Virus record (IMG/VR): IMGVR_UViG_3300037657_000286
Location: 1 to 45,928 of that record
Source of the DNA: a virus
Lineage: Duplodnaviria > Caudoviricetes
Strand: one strand, 5' to 3'
DNA: 45,928 bases
Positions 1 through 7,910 of the stretch are shown one piece after another (position 1 is the stretch's first letter; every line of letters begins with the position of its first letter). Below the pieces are notes generated by a model. That model searched no databases, was not told where the DNA came from, and worked only from the letters and a program-made list of their open reading frames with translations. A program made the position numbers and the translations under genes.

Positions 1-783
1 TCAGTACCTCTTCCTCTTCTCCACCACAACCCCGACGATCTTGAACTCGATTCCGGTCATGTCACGAATCGGATACCGGCTGTTGAGCGGTTTCAGGAAC
101 ACCGATTGCCCATCCATCACAAATTGTTTGAAGGTGGCCTCCGCTCCATTCTTAGCGATGATATAGCTGCCGCTGACCGGTTCACGCTCCGGGTCGACGA
201 TGATGATGTCTCCCTCGGTGAACTCCGGTTCCATGCTGTCGCCACGGACCGACAGGGCAAAGGCATGCTCGCTTCTGGTGGCAGTGGTGTCGAGCCATTC
301 GTCGGCATCGCCAGGTTGAAACGGATCGGCGACCTCCTTCCACCCTCCGGCCTGTACCCAGGATATCAGCGGTACCAAGTTCAGTTGCCTTCGGTTTGGT
401 GGAGCCGGGGCCACGTTCGGCGGCTCCGGTGGGGTTGATGACGCCGTTCCGCTGATGGTGGGTTTCGGTAGGGTCATTTCGCCGGCAGCCCTGTTCGGAG
501 CCTCCCAGTTTTCAGGATTTTTTCCGGCTAATATCCAGGATCCAAGATCGAGAAAATCATCATATCTTTTGGCAGGGAAATCTTTGTTTAGCGTGATTAC
601 GGCTTCAACTATCCTCCTCCTCACCGCCTCTCTTGTCCCTTTTCCTGCCTTGATGATCGAGTTGAGGTTTGAAGAATCGACCCCAGCCAATTTGGATATC
701 TTGGCCTGAAATCCCCTCCCATGCTCTTTTTCCGCGAACAGCATTGCAGCGCTAAATATCTCTTCTAGCGTGTTTTTTGCCAT
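1..783 (-). CDS. cI: Prophage CI-like repressor (N-terminal HTH + C-terminal S24/LexA peptidase domain)
   Basis: C-terminus has VPLISWVQAG (AG cleavage site), FALSVRGDSMEP (catalytic Ser) and ATFKQF (catalytic Lys). Start moved to ATG 783 (MAKNTLEE), which has a GGAGG RBS upstream. Divergent from a small HTH gene. Confidence 0.9.
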   Translation of the reverse strand: MAKNTLEEIFSAAMLFAEKEHGRGFQAKISKLAGVDSSNLNSIIKAGKGTREAVRRRIVEAVITLNKDFPAKRYDDFLDLGSWILAGKNPENWEAPNRAAGEMTLPKPTISGTASSTPPEPPNVAPAPPNRRQLNLVPLISWVQAGGWKEVADPFQPGDADEWLDTTATRSEHAFALSVRGDSMEPEFTEGDIIIVDPEREPVSGSYIIAKNGAEATFKQFVMDGQSVFLKPLNSRYPIRDMTGIEFKIVGVVVEKRKRY

Positions 784-804
784 AAATGTTTCCTCCGTGA
801 CAAC

Positions 805-892
805 ATTATACACAAAAAATCGTGAAATAAAATGGTCAAAATGGAAATATTGTATTGACAATATGGTCAAGAGGAAAGTATTTATGTGGTCA
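805..892. promoter_or_regulatory. Divergent cI/cro promoter-operator region
   Basis: TTGACA at 855-860 lies inside the inverted repeat TTGAC-aatatg-GTCAA (855-870). Half-site TGGTCA recurs at 834-839, 864-869 and 887-892. TATAAT on the minus strand at 805-810 precedes cI. Confidence 0.6.
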
Positions 893-1143
893 TGAAGACA
901 ATAACTCAACGAGAATTATCAAAGAGGCTGGGGGTTGACCCTTCCTTTTTCTGTAAGGTTATCAATGGCAAAAAGCGGCCCAATGCAGACAAGGCGGCCC
1001 GCCTTGAATCGGTCAGCGGGATAGGAATCAGAACTTGGCTTTTTGGAAAACCGACAGAACTCAGGAGAGAATTAGAAAGGGTCTACGGGAAAATAAATTT
1101 TCTCAAAGGTAGGCGTCCATCGCACAAGGAGTCGGGGACTTAA
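892..1143 (+). CDS. cro: Cro-like HTH (XRE family) regulator
   Basis: TQRELSKRLGVDPSFFCKVINGKKRP is an XRE-type HTH; divergent from cI. Confidence 0.8.
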   Translation: MKTITQRELSKRLGVDPSFFCKVINGKKRPNADKAARLESVSGIGIRTWLFGKPTELRRELERVYGKINFLKGRRPSHKESGT

Positions 1144-1150
1144 ACAAATG

Positions 1151-1383
1151 GGCCGGGCTATGCGTTGCGATCATTGGCGTTGCATCGCTCTGCGGGGCAA
1201 GGCCGGGCGGGGCGCTGCGCACCAAGGCACGGATTTCAGCACTGATCTGCAGGGCTTGGCGCTGCAGGGCTAGGCCGGGCGGGGCCGGGCAAGGCAAGGC
1301 ACGGATTTCAGTGAAGCAGGGCAAGGCGGGGTACGGCCGGGCGCGGCGCGGCCAGGCGTGGCGAACAAAGGCAAGGAACTTTT
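1151..1383 (+). repeat. Array of three units of phased pentamer repeats (GGC/GGT/TGC + NN); putative guide-like ncRNA array
   Basis: Strict 5-nt phase at 1151-1235, 1238-1307 and 1310-1379. Units end in CAAGGCACGGATTTCAG (1223-1239 and 1295-1311, identical) and AAAGGCAAGGAACTTTT (1367-1383), exactly 72 nt apart. No credible ORF. Confidence 0.85.
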
Positions 1384-1407
1384 AACAATCAACCCAAGGA
1401 ATAGAAA

Positions 1408-2001
1408 ATGAACATCGAAATTCGTATTCAAGGAACGACACCGTTGCTCTGCAACCGATTCACGGACTCGGCGGCAATGTCGGCAAGCAGTGGAGTTAGA
1501 GCGGCTCAGGTCGGGGGAGGGAAGGGCGAACCAAGGGACCAGGCGGAAAGCAAGTTGTACCTTAGCGAGGCGACAAGCAAACCGGTGATCCCAGGTCCGA
1601 ACCTGTTCAGATGCATAATCGATGCCGGTAAGTTTTTCAAGAACGGCAAATCGAAGGTAACCACACAGAAGAATTCAATTATCCCTGCTTGTCTTTCAGT
1701 TGATGAATTCGAGATCGAGATCCTGCACGGAAAACCGTGGGAGGTTGACACCCGAGCTGTTCGCATCCCCTCCACTGGTGGCCGCATTCTGGCCCACCGT
1801 CCATGTTTTCACGACTGGTCGCTCTGCTTCTCCCTCGTGCTCGATGAGGAGGTGATGAGCGAAAAATTGCTCAGAGAGATCGTTGATTCCGCCGGCAAGA
1901 GGATCGGCCTCGGTGATTTCCGGCCGGACTGCAAGGGTCCATTCGGCAAGTTTGTCGTTACCAGCTGGCAAATTGACGTCGAGACCAAACTCGCCGCCTG
2001 A
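1408..2001 (+). CDS. Stand-alone Cas7/RAMP-like protein (candidate effector of the adjacent pentamer array)
   Basis: RAMP-like motifs: N-terminal strand IEIRIQGTTPLL, PVIPGPNLFRCIIDA (cf. RAMP P-x-IPGSSLKG) and C-terminal Gly-rich loop GKRIGLGDFRPDCKGPFGKF. AAGGA RBS upstream. Confidence 0.75.
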   Translation: MNIEIRIQGTTPLLCNRFTDSAAMSASSGVRAAQVGGGKGEPRDQAESKLYLSEATSKPVIPGPNLFRCIIDAGKFFKNGKSKVTTQKNSIIPACLSVDEFEIEILHGKPWEVDTRAVRIPSTGGRILAHRPCFHDWSLCFSLVLDEEVMSEKLLREIVDSAGKRIGLGDFRPDCKGPFGKFVVTSWQIDVETKLAA

Positions 2002-2021
2002 ACCAGAAGGAGGAGTCAGAC

Positions 2022-2207
2022 ATGAGAATGAAAATCGGATCGGCAACCTGGGACTGTTGCGAGAAATGCGTCCATTTCGACGACGAGCACGGATGCAAGG
2101 ACCTTGAAAACCTGATCTTCACCGAAGATGGCGGCGACATTCTGTGTGTCATCGGCCAGGAGGCGAGTGAGCCGGAGGACCACGTCGTCCTCGAGGTCGA
2201 GATCTGA
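2022..2207 (+). CDS. Small Cys-rich acidic protein (paralog A)
   Basis: AGGAGGAG RBS; CEKC-x8-C...C pattern; paralog at 2481-2639. Confidence 0.7.
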   Translation: MRMKIGSATWDCCEKCVHFDDEHGCKDLENLIFTEDGGDILCVIGQEASEPEDHVVLEVEI

Positions 2208-2229
2208 GAATAAACCACAGGACGTCACC

Positions 2230-2451
2230 ATGAGTATCCCAGAAACCATCATCCTGATAGAGGCCGCCGAACGATACCGCTGCAGTGGCCGGACGATCAT
2301 GCGAGCGATCGAGAAGGGCCTGATCGTCGCGTACAAGCCGGGACGGCACGTTCTCATCGACCTCAAAAGCGCCGACGCCTGGTTTCATTCGACCATGCAG
2401 AGGCCCAAGACGCCGAGCCGAAGGCCGAGACGGTCGGCCCGGGTGGCCTGA
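2230..2451 (+). CDS. Excisionase-like / HTH_17 DNA-binding protein
   Basis: EAAERYRCSGRTIMRAIEKGLIVAYKPGRHVLID is a winged HTH typical of Xis/AlpA/MerR-like proteins; basic C-terminal tail. Confidence 0.75.
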   Translation: MSIPETIILIEAAERYRCSGRTIMRAIEKGLIVAYKPGRHVLIDLKSADAWFHSTMQRPKTPSRRPRRSARVA

Positions 2452-2480
2452 CAGGAATAACAAACTGAAGGAGGAACGAC

Positions 2481-2639
2481 ATGCTGAGGATAGGGACGAT
2501 CGACTGGGGCGACTGCGAGAAGTGCATCCACTACGACAAAGAGGATGGATGCCAGATTCTCGATAAGATCGAGATAGAGCGAGGGGACGAGGACGTCTAC
2601 TGCATCGACGGAATAGAGGCCGAAGGGGAGGGCGAATGA
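2481..2639 (+). CDS. Small Cys-rich acidic protein (paralog B, 52 aa; below the ORF-track cutoff)
   Basis: Manual translation: MLRIGTIDWGDCEKCIHYDKEDGCQILDKIEIERGDEDVYCIDGIEAEGEGE*. AAGGAGG RBS; ATGA overlap with the next gene. Confidence 0.75.
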   Translation: MLRIGTIDWGDCEKCIHYDKEDGCQILDKIEIERGDEDVYCIDGIEAEGEGE

Positions 2640-3007
2640 GACTGCACGGGACGGAGGGGTTGCAGCGAAGGCCGCCACAGCGGAGCGGTCCAAATCTGGA
2701 GGAGATTTTCCATATCCAGATCAAGGCCGTCCGGCTTCCGGCGGCACAACGGGAGTACCGGTTCCATCCAAAACGTGGATGGAAGTTCGATTTTGCCTGG
2801 CCGCAGGCAATGATCGCAGTCGAGATCGAGGGCGGCACCCACATGAGAGGGCGGCATGTCCGGCCGGAAGGATTCCGGAATGACTGTATCAAATATTCGG
2901 AGGCTGCACTCCTGGGATGGAAGGTCCTGCGCGGAGATAGCCAGATGGTCAAATCAGGCGTCTTGCTCTCATTGGCAGAGCGGGCCCTCAATGAAGTGAG
3001 GGAATAA
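2636..3007 (+). CDS. PD-(D/E)XK endonuclease (DUF559/Vsr-like phage protein)
   Basis: EYRFHPKRGWKFDFAWP...IAVEIEGG...KYSEAALLGWKVLR motif set. Confidence 0.75.
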   Translation: MRLHGTEGLQRRPPQRSGPNLEEIFHIQIKAVRLPAAQREYRFHPKRGWKFDFAWPQAMIAVEIEGGTHMRGRHVRPEGFRNDCIKYSEAALLGWKVLRGDSQMVKSGVLLSLAERALNEVRE

Positions 3008-3450
3008 TGCGAAAATACGAGAAGTTGAGATGCAAAGTTTATCTAACGGAAGAGGAAATCAGGCAGGCCGCCGAGACACTGGCCGGCAAGACCCAGGAAC
3101 TGGATGACGTTGAGGCGGAAAAGAAGGCCTCTGCGGCAGCCTACAAGGAGAGGTTGGAACGAATCTCCGGGGAGATCCGCACGGCGGCCAGGCTGTACAA
3201 GGACCGATACGACATGCGCGATGTCGAATGTCAGGTCGAAAAGGACTACGAGGCTGGACTGGTCCGCTATATCCGCACTGACACCTATGAGACAGCCAAG
3301 ACCGACACGATGACCATGGCAGAACGGCAGCGGCATGTGGATGAAGCAATTGAACCGGAAGGGGAGGAAGAGGACAACGAAAGGTTCGAGAGTAAGATGC
3401 AGCAGGCGCAGACCCAGAGGGAGATGGCTTTCGAGAGGTCGGCCCTATAA
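3007..3450 (+). CDS. Hypothetical phage protein (coiled-coil)
   Basis: TAATG-coupled to the upstream gene, GAGGG RBS, charged helical sequence. Confidence 0.65.
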   Translation: MRKYEKLRCKVYLTEEEIRQAAETLAGKTQELDDVEAEKKASAAAYKERLERISGEIRTAARLYKDRYDMRDVECQVEKDYEAGLVRYIRTDTYETAKTDTMTMAERQRHVDEAIEPEGEEEDNERFESKMQQAQTQREMAFERSAL

Positions 3451-3527
3451 AAAAGCCGGCCTTGGGAGGGGGACCCCCTTGGCCGGCAGTACAAGAGAAC
3501 AGCAATTCAAACATAAGCGAGGGGATC

Positions 3528-4430
3528 ATGAATTTCAATAGGAATGAATGGTTGAAGGAACGCCGGAAGGGGATTGGGGGAAGCGATGTGGCTGCAATCC
3601 TAGGAATGTCAAAGTGGAAAACACCGTTGGATATTTTTTTGGACAAGACCGGACAGCTAGTGGATGCTCCGGACAATGCACCGATGTTATGGGGGCGAAA
3701 TCTCGAACCGGTGGTGCGCCAGCACTACAGCGACGTCACCGGACGGACGGTCAGGGTGCCGAGCGAGATTCTGCGGCATCCTGAGCATGAGTTCATGCTG
3801 GCCAATCTCGATGGCCTCACCAATGACGGCAGGGTGTTGGAGGTGAAGACGGCGAGGACTGGAGACGAGTGGGGCGAGGAATGGACGGACCAGATACCTG
3901 CCCAGTATCTGCTCCAGGTTCAGCATTATCTCTGCGTCACCGGTCGTCACGTCGCTGATGTGGCCGTGTTGATCGGAGGCCAAGATTTCCGGTTGTACCA
4001 TGTCGAGGAAGACCTCGAATTGCATGGAATCCTCATCGAGCGGGAAGGTGAGTTCTGGAATCACAACGTTGTTGCCGGTGTCCCGCCTGAGCCTGTTACC
4101 TATTCCGACATGATAGCCACCTACGGCAGAAAGAGTGTGGCCAAAGAGGTGGAGGCCGATGCCAACACCTTCCAGGCTGTTCTCGGTCTCAAATCGATCA
4201 AGCAAGAGATCGCCAAACTGGAACAGGAAGAGGAAACCCTCAAGGCGATCATCTTCCGTGCGCTGGGCCGCCGTGACACGCTTACCAACGACGGTCGGGT
4301 GGTGGCGACGTGGAAGGAGTCGAAACCGAGGCAAACCATCGACTCAAAGGCCCTGCAGGCAGCATATCCGGAAATCTATCGTCAATTCCTCAAAACCGGC
4401 GAACCATCACGCCGATTTCTTCTCAAGTAG
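3528..4430 (+). CDS. YqaJ/lambda-exonuclease family recombination exonuclease
   Basis: WLKERRKGIGGSDVAAILG, WGRNLEP, ANLDG, LEVKT and YLLQVQHYL motifs; ATG 3528 follows GAGGGG. Confidence 0.92.
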   Translation: MNFNRNEWLKERRKGIGGSDVAAILGMSKWKTPLDIFLDKTGQLVDAPDNAPMLWGRNLEPVVRQHYSDVTGRTVRVPSEILRHPEHEFMLANLDGLTNDGRVLEVKTARTGDEWGEEWTDQIPAQYLLQVQHYLCVTGRHVADVAVLIGGQDFRLYHVEEDLELHGILIEREGEFWNHNVVAGVPPEPVTYSDMIATYGRKSVAKEVEADANTFQAVLGLKSIKQEIAKLEQEEETLKAIIFRALGRRDTLTNDGRVVATWKESKPRQTIDSKALQAAYPEIYRQFLKTGEPSRRFLLK

Positions 4431-4442
4431 GAGGTTCTTGCC

Positions 4443-5768
4443 ATGACAAACAATAATCCGTTTTCTCTCGCCATTAAGGATGAGACCAGGCCGTCGTCTT
4501 CTCATGGAGTGTTGGCCAACACCGACCAACAGCGGGCCGTCGCCGAGGTCCAGGCCGGCATGATGCTGGCCAAGATGTCACCTCGCGACCAGATATTTTC
4601 TATGGATCGCATCCTCAATGCCTGCGCTCGGCCGACATTGGCGGAAAGCGCGGTTTACACCTACGGTCGCGGCGGGACGGATATTACCGGGCCGAGCATC
4701 CGTCTTGCCGAGGCAATGGCGCAGGCCTGGGGGAATCTGTCGTTTGGTATCCGCGAGTTGGAACAGACAGGCGGAGAGTCGACGGTTCAGGCGTTCTGCT
4801 GGGACATGGAAACCAACGTGCGTCGGGAGATGACATTCCAGGTGTCCCATATCCGGCACACAAAAAAAGGTTCCTATCGCATCGAGGACCCCCGAGACAT
4901 TTACGAGCATGTCGCCAACCAGGGGGCGCGGCGGCTCAGGGCATGCATCCTGGCCGTCATCCCTGGGGACGTAACCGAGGCTGCAGTTAATCAGTGTGAG
5001 CAGACCATGAAGGCCCAGGCCGATACCTCGCCGGAGGCTATCCAGAAGATGCTGGCGGCATTCGAGCCGTTCCGTGTCACGAAAGAGATGATCGAGAAGC
5101 GAATCCAGCGAAGGATCGAGGCGATCCAGCCGGCCCAGGTAGTGGCCCTCCGCAAGATCCACAACAGCCTCAAGGATGGGATGAGCAATTCTTCAGACTG
5201 GTTCGAGCAGACAGAGCAAGAGCAGCCCGACCCAAAACCACAGCCACCCAAATCAAAAACGGAATCGCTCAAATCCGACCTTGAGAAAAAACGTCAAAAA
5301 GAGACACAGGATGATCAGCAAACAACCCCGACTGTTTCTCAGACCGCTGAACCTGCACCCCCTGCAGAGAAGCAGAAAGCTGACAAAACGGAAGAGAAAC
5401 CTCTGCAGGAAATCCCACCGAAGATCCAGGCTGAATTGATAGAGATCGACGGCAAGGCCACCGCCGAAGATCTCGATACCTGGGCCTACAAGCACCATAG
5501 GCGCCTGGAAAAGCAATACGGCGAAGTATGGGGGAAATGGATCATAGGACATGTAGATCGACGTCGGGCCTTCCTTAACGCCGAGGTTCCGCCAGGCGAG
5601 GAACCGCCCGTGGTCATTGTCGAGCCTGAAGGAATCGTCATGGTTGAGTGCCCTGAGGCCGGAGGCCGTATGGTTGCCAGGTCCGACTGCGAGCTCTCCG
5701 AGTGTTCGAAAATGTGCCCGGCTTTCAACCTGGGGCAGGGCGGCAGCAAGCTGTCAATCGAGGTGTAA
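4443..5768 (+). CDS. Putative ssDNA-annealing recombinase (partner of YqaJ) with long C-terminal extension
   Basis: Directly after the exonuclease with an AGGAGG RBS. YTYGRGGTDITGPSIRLAEAMAQAWGN resembles phage RecT/Rad52-like annealases. Low-complexity linker, then a Cys-rich C-terminus. Confidence 0.6.
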   Translation: MTNNNPFSLAIKDETRPSSSHGVLANTDQQRAVAEVQAGMMLAKMSPRDQIFSMDRILNACARPTLAESAVYTYGRGGTDITGPSIRLAEAMAQAWGNLSFGIRELEQTGGESTVQAFCWDMETNVRREMTFQVSHIRHTKKGSYRIEDPRDIYEHVANQGARRLRACILAVIPGDVTEAAVNQCEQTMKAQADTSPEAIQKMLAAFEPFRVTKEMIEKRIQRRIEAIQPAQVVALRKIHNSLKDGMSNSSDWFEQTEQEQPDPKPQPPKSKTESLKSDLEKKRQKETQDDQQTTPTVSQTAEPAPPAEKQKADKTEEKPLQEIPPKIQAELIEIDGKATAEDLDTWAYKHHRRLEKQYGEVWGKWIIGHVDRRRAFLNAEVPPGEEPPVVIVEPEGIVMVECPEAGGRMVARSDCELSECSKMCPAFNLGQGGSKLSIEV

Positions 5769-5770
5769 CC

Positions 5771-6715
5771 ATGAATGAACTGATAATCAGGCTCACAGGG
5801 GCCGTTACAGAGAGCAACTTCGACCAGTGGAAGGAACAGGCCCTGGAGCAGATCCGGGCCACCAATCGAGAACTGGTAACCGACGACGATTTCTCCTGGG
5901 CTGAGGAAACCATCAAGGCCTGTAAAAATAACGAGCATGCCATCAAAAAGGCGAAAGAGGAGGCGTTGAACCAGACGGCCGACATCAACAAGCTGTTTGC
6001 CGCCATGGATCAGATCTCAACTGAATTATCGAATACCCGTCTATCTCTCGAAAAACAGGTCAAAACCGAGAAAGAGAGACGGAAGGCCGATATCATCGCT
6101 GAGGCAATCGCCACCGTCAGGAGTGAGATCGAGATTGCTGTTGCCGGAAACATCTTTGTCCCGGGTGACATTGCAATCAATGACACCGTGATCAAGGCGG
6201 CGACCGCCGGCAAGAAAACCATCGAAGGAATGCGAAAGGCGGTGAATGTCGTCATGGCCGCTGAGATTAAACGACACCTCGAGGCAATTGAAGCGGCAAT
6301 ACTCAACGTCAATGCAATCGAGTGGGTCGAGAAGGAGTTCCCGGGCTTGTTCCCTGACAAAAAAGCCCTGGCGTGGAAAACTCACGATGAAGTGAACGCC
6401 ACCATCGACGCCCGCGTCGCCAGGTATCGTCTCCAGATGAAGGAAAAAGAGGAGCGGGAGGCGGCCCAGGCCAACATCCAGCCAGGACCTGAACCGCCAC
6501 CCACCCCAGCCGCGCCACTCGCACAGCCACCTACAGCTTCACCATCCGCAACCCTGTTGCCCGATCAAGGGGAATCAAGGGAAGCCGTCGATGACTTCAT
6601 CTTCACCGTGCATTTGAGGTGCGGAGTGACGCAGGCGAAGGCCCTGGCGCAGGAGATCAGTGAGGCGTTTGGATCGTCGGATGCCGTCATCTCGTTCAAC
6701 CTGAAAAGGGCGTGA
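5771..6715 (+). CDS. Coiled-coil phage protein (DUF1351-like)
   Basis: GAGGTG RBS; helical sequence of the type seen next to or fused with YqaJ exonucleases. Confidence 0.55.
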   Translation: MNELIIRLTGAVTESNFDQWKEQALEQIRATNRELVTDDDFSWAEETIKACKNNEHAIKKAKEEALNQTADINKLFAAMDQISTELSNTRLSLEKQVKTEKERRKADIIAEAIATVRSEIEIAVAGNIFVPGDIAINDTVIKAATAGKKTIEGMRKAVNVVMAAEIKRHLEAIEAAILNVNAIEWVEKEFPGLFPDKKALAWKTHDEVNATIDARVARYRLQMKEKEEREAAQANIQPGPEPPPTPAAPLAQPPTASPSATLLPDQGESREAVDDFIFTVHLRCGVTQAKALAQEISEAFGSSDAVISFNLKRA

Positions 6716-6716
6716 G

Positions 6717-7022
6717 ATGCCAGTTGACTGGTCAAAATATCCAGAGAATTGGCCGGAGATCGCACTGTCAGTCAAAGAGGGAGCGGGCTGGCAGTGCGTG
6801 AATTGTGGACGGCAATGTAGACGCCCCGGTGAACCGTTCGACACCCACAAACGGACGGCTACGGTCGCTCATAAAAATCATATTGAGAGTGACTGTCGAC
6901 CCGAAAATTTGGCGTGTATGTGCGCTCCGTGTCATCTGAGATATGACGCAAAGCACCATGCAGAAAACGCCAGGAAAACACGGCGGATGAAGAAGGAAAA
7001 GGAACAACCATTGTTGTTTTAA
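6717..7022 (+). CDS. HNH endonuclease
   Basis: CVNC...TVAHKNH...NLACMCAPCHLRYD: Zn-binding HNH pattern. Confidence 0.85.
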   Translation: MPVDWSKYPENWPEIALSVKEGAGWQCVNCGRQCRRPGEPFDTHKRTATVAHKNHIESDCRPENLACMCAPCHLRYDAKHHAENARKTRRMKKEKEQPLLF

Positions 7023-7037
7023 GAGGCAGCGAATTTC

Positions 7038-7910
7038 ATGAGGGAATACTCCAAAGTATCACCATCGTTCTGGATTGGCACAACAGGGCGTCAACTCCAG
7101 GAGAAAGGCATCGAGGCGATAATAGTCGGGATGTACCTCGTCACCTCTCCACACGCCAATATGATCGGCCTGTATTATTGCCCGGTTGAATACATCTCAT
7201 CAGACACCGGCTTAACCTTGCAAGGGGCATCTAAGGGGCTTCGATGGGCCTCCGAAGCCGGGTTTTGTGGCTATGACCATGCGACAAGGATGGTGTGGGT
7301 CTATGAGATGGCAAAATTCCAGATCGACGAGAGCTTGAAATCGAACGATAAGCGGGTTTTCGGGGTGAGGAATGAGTACAAAAAACTCCCCAACAATCCG
7401 TTTTTAGAAGATTTTTTCAACAAATATAAGGACAGTTTTCATCTTGACGAAAGAAGGGGGTCCGAAGCCCCTTGTAAGCCCCTCCGAAGCCAGGAGCAGG
7501 AGCAGGAGCAGGAACAGAATAAAAAACTATGCGCTTTTGCCGAGCAAAAGACGCCTGGTTGTGGTGGTGGTGATGATGAATTTTACCTCACGGCAAAAAA
7601 GAAGAAACTTAAAGGGAAAATTCTCGAAGCGTTCAACGCCTTCTGGAGAGCGTTTGACTATCCCAAGGGCAAGGCCAGCGCGGCAGACGCATTCCTCGCC
7701 GTCTACACGCCGGAAAATATCGGTGAGATCATTGCCGGAGCTGCAGCCGAGGCGATGGAGAGGCCAATGATCATCGCCGGCGGCAAAACTCCGAAATGGG
7801 CGCAGGGATGGCTGACGGGAAGGAGATGGGAGGATCTGAAAGAAGACGCGGGGCAACCGCCAACGATTGTCCTGCCGGAATACGTTCCGCCGCTTAAGGG
7901 AGGTATGTGA
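7038..7910 (+). CDS. Phage replication initiator protein
   Basis: MREYSKVSPSFW...YLVTSPHANMIGLYYCP N-terminus, QEQEQEQEQ linker and C-terminal FNAFWRAF...WAQGWLTGRRWED; position in the early operon. Confidence 0.7.
   Translation: MREYSKVSPSFWIGTTGRQLQEKGIEAIIVGMYLVTSPHANMIGLYYCPVEYISSDTGLTLQGASKGLRWASEAGFCGYDHATRMVWVYEMAKFQIDESLKSNDKRVFGVRNEYKKLPNNPFLEDFFNKYKDSFHLDERRGSEAPCKPLRSQEQEQEQEQNKKLCAFAEQKTPGCGGGDDEFYLTAKKKKLKGKILEAFNAFWRAFDYPKGKASAADAFLAVYTPENIGEIIAGAAAEAMERPMIIAGGKTPKWAQGWLTGRRWEDLKEDAGQPPTIVLPEYVPPLKGGM

Noticed and set aside
784-909. N-terminal extension of the repressor ORF in the track
   Set aside because: It runs through the promoter/operator region and overlaps cro; the RBS supports the start at 783.
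1103-1324. 73-aa minus-strand ORF over the pentamer array
   Set aside because: Its repetitive translation (EIRAL...APPGLA) is a by-product of the 5-nt/72-nt DNA periodicity; it is antisense to the operon and has no RBS.
1151-1383. Classical CRISPR array or simple microsatellite
   Set aside because: The conserved handle is only ~17 nt with 2-3 copies, and the 'spacers' are themselves internally periodic. Two of every five positions vary freely, unlike slippage repeats.
1483-1515. Possible self-target of array unit 3 inside the Cas7-like gene under a skip-every-third-base model (16 of 22 positions match, including GC-GC-CA-GT)
   Set aside because: About one match of this quality is expected by chance in a 46-kb double-stranded window (rough binomial estimate). 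Proximity is suggestive but not sufficient.
3455-3487. GC-rich inverted repeat between the 3007-3450 gene and the exonuclease
   Set aside because: No U-tract on the plus strand; at most a minus-strand terminator or stabilising hairpin, so function is unsupported.
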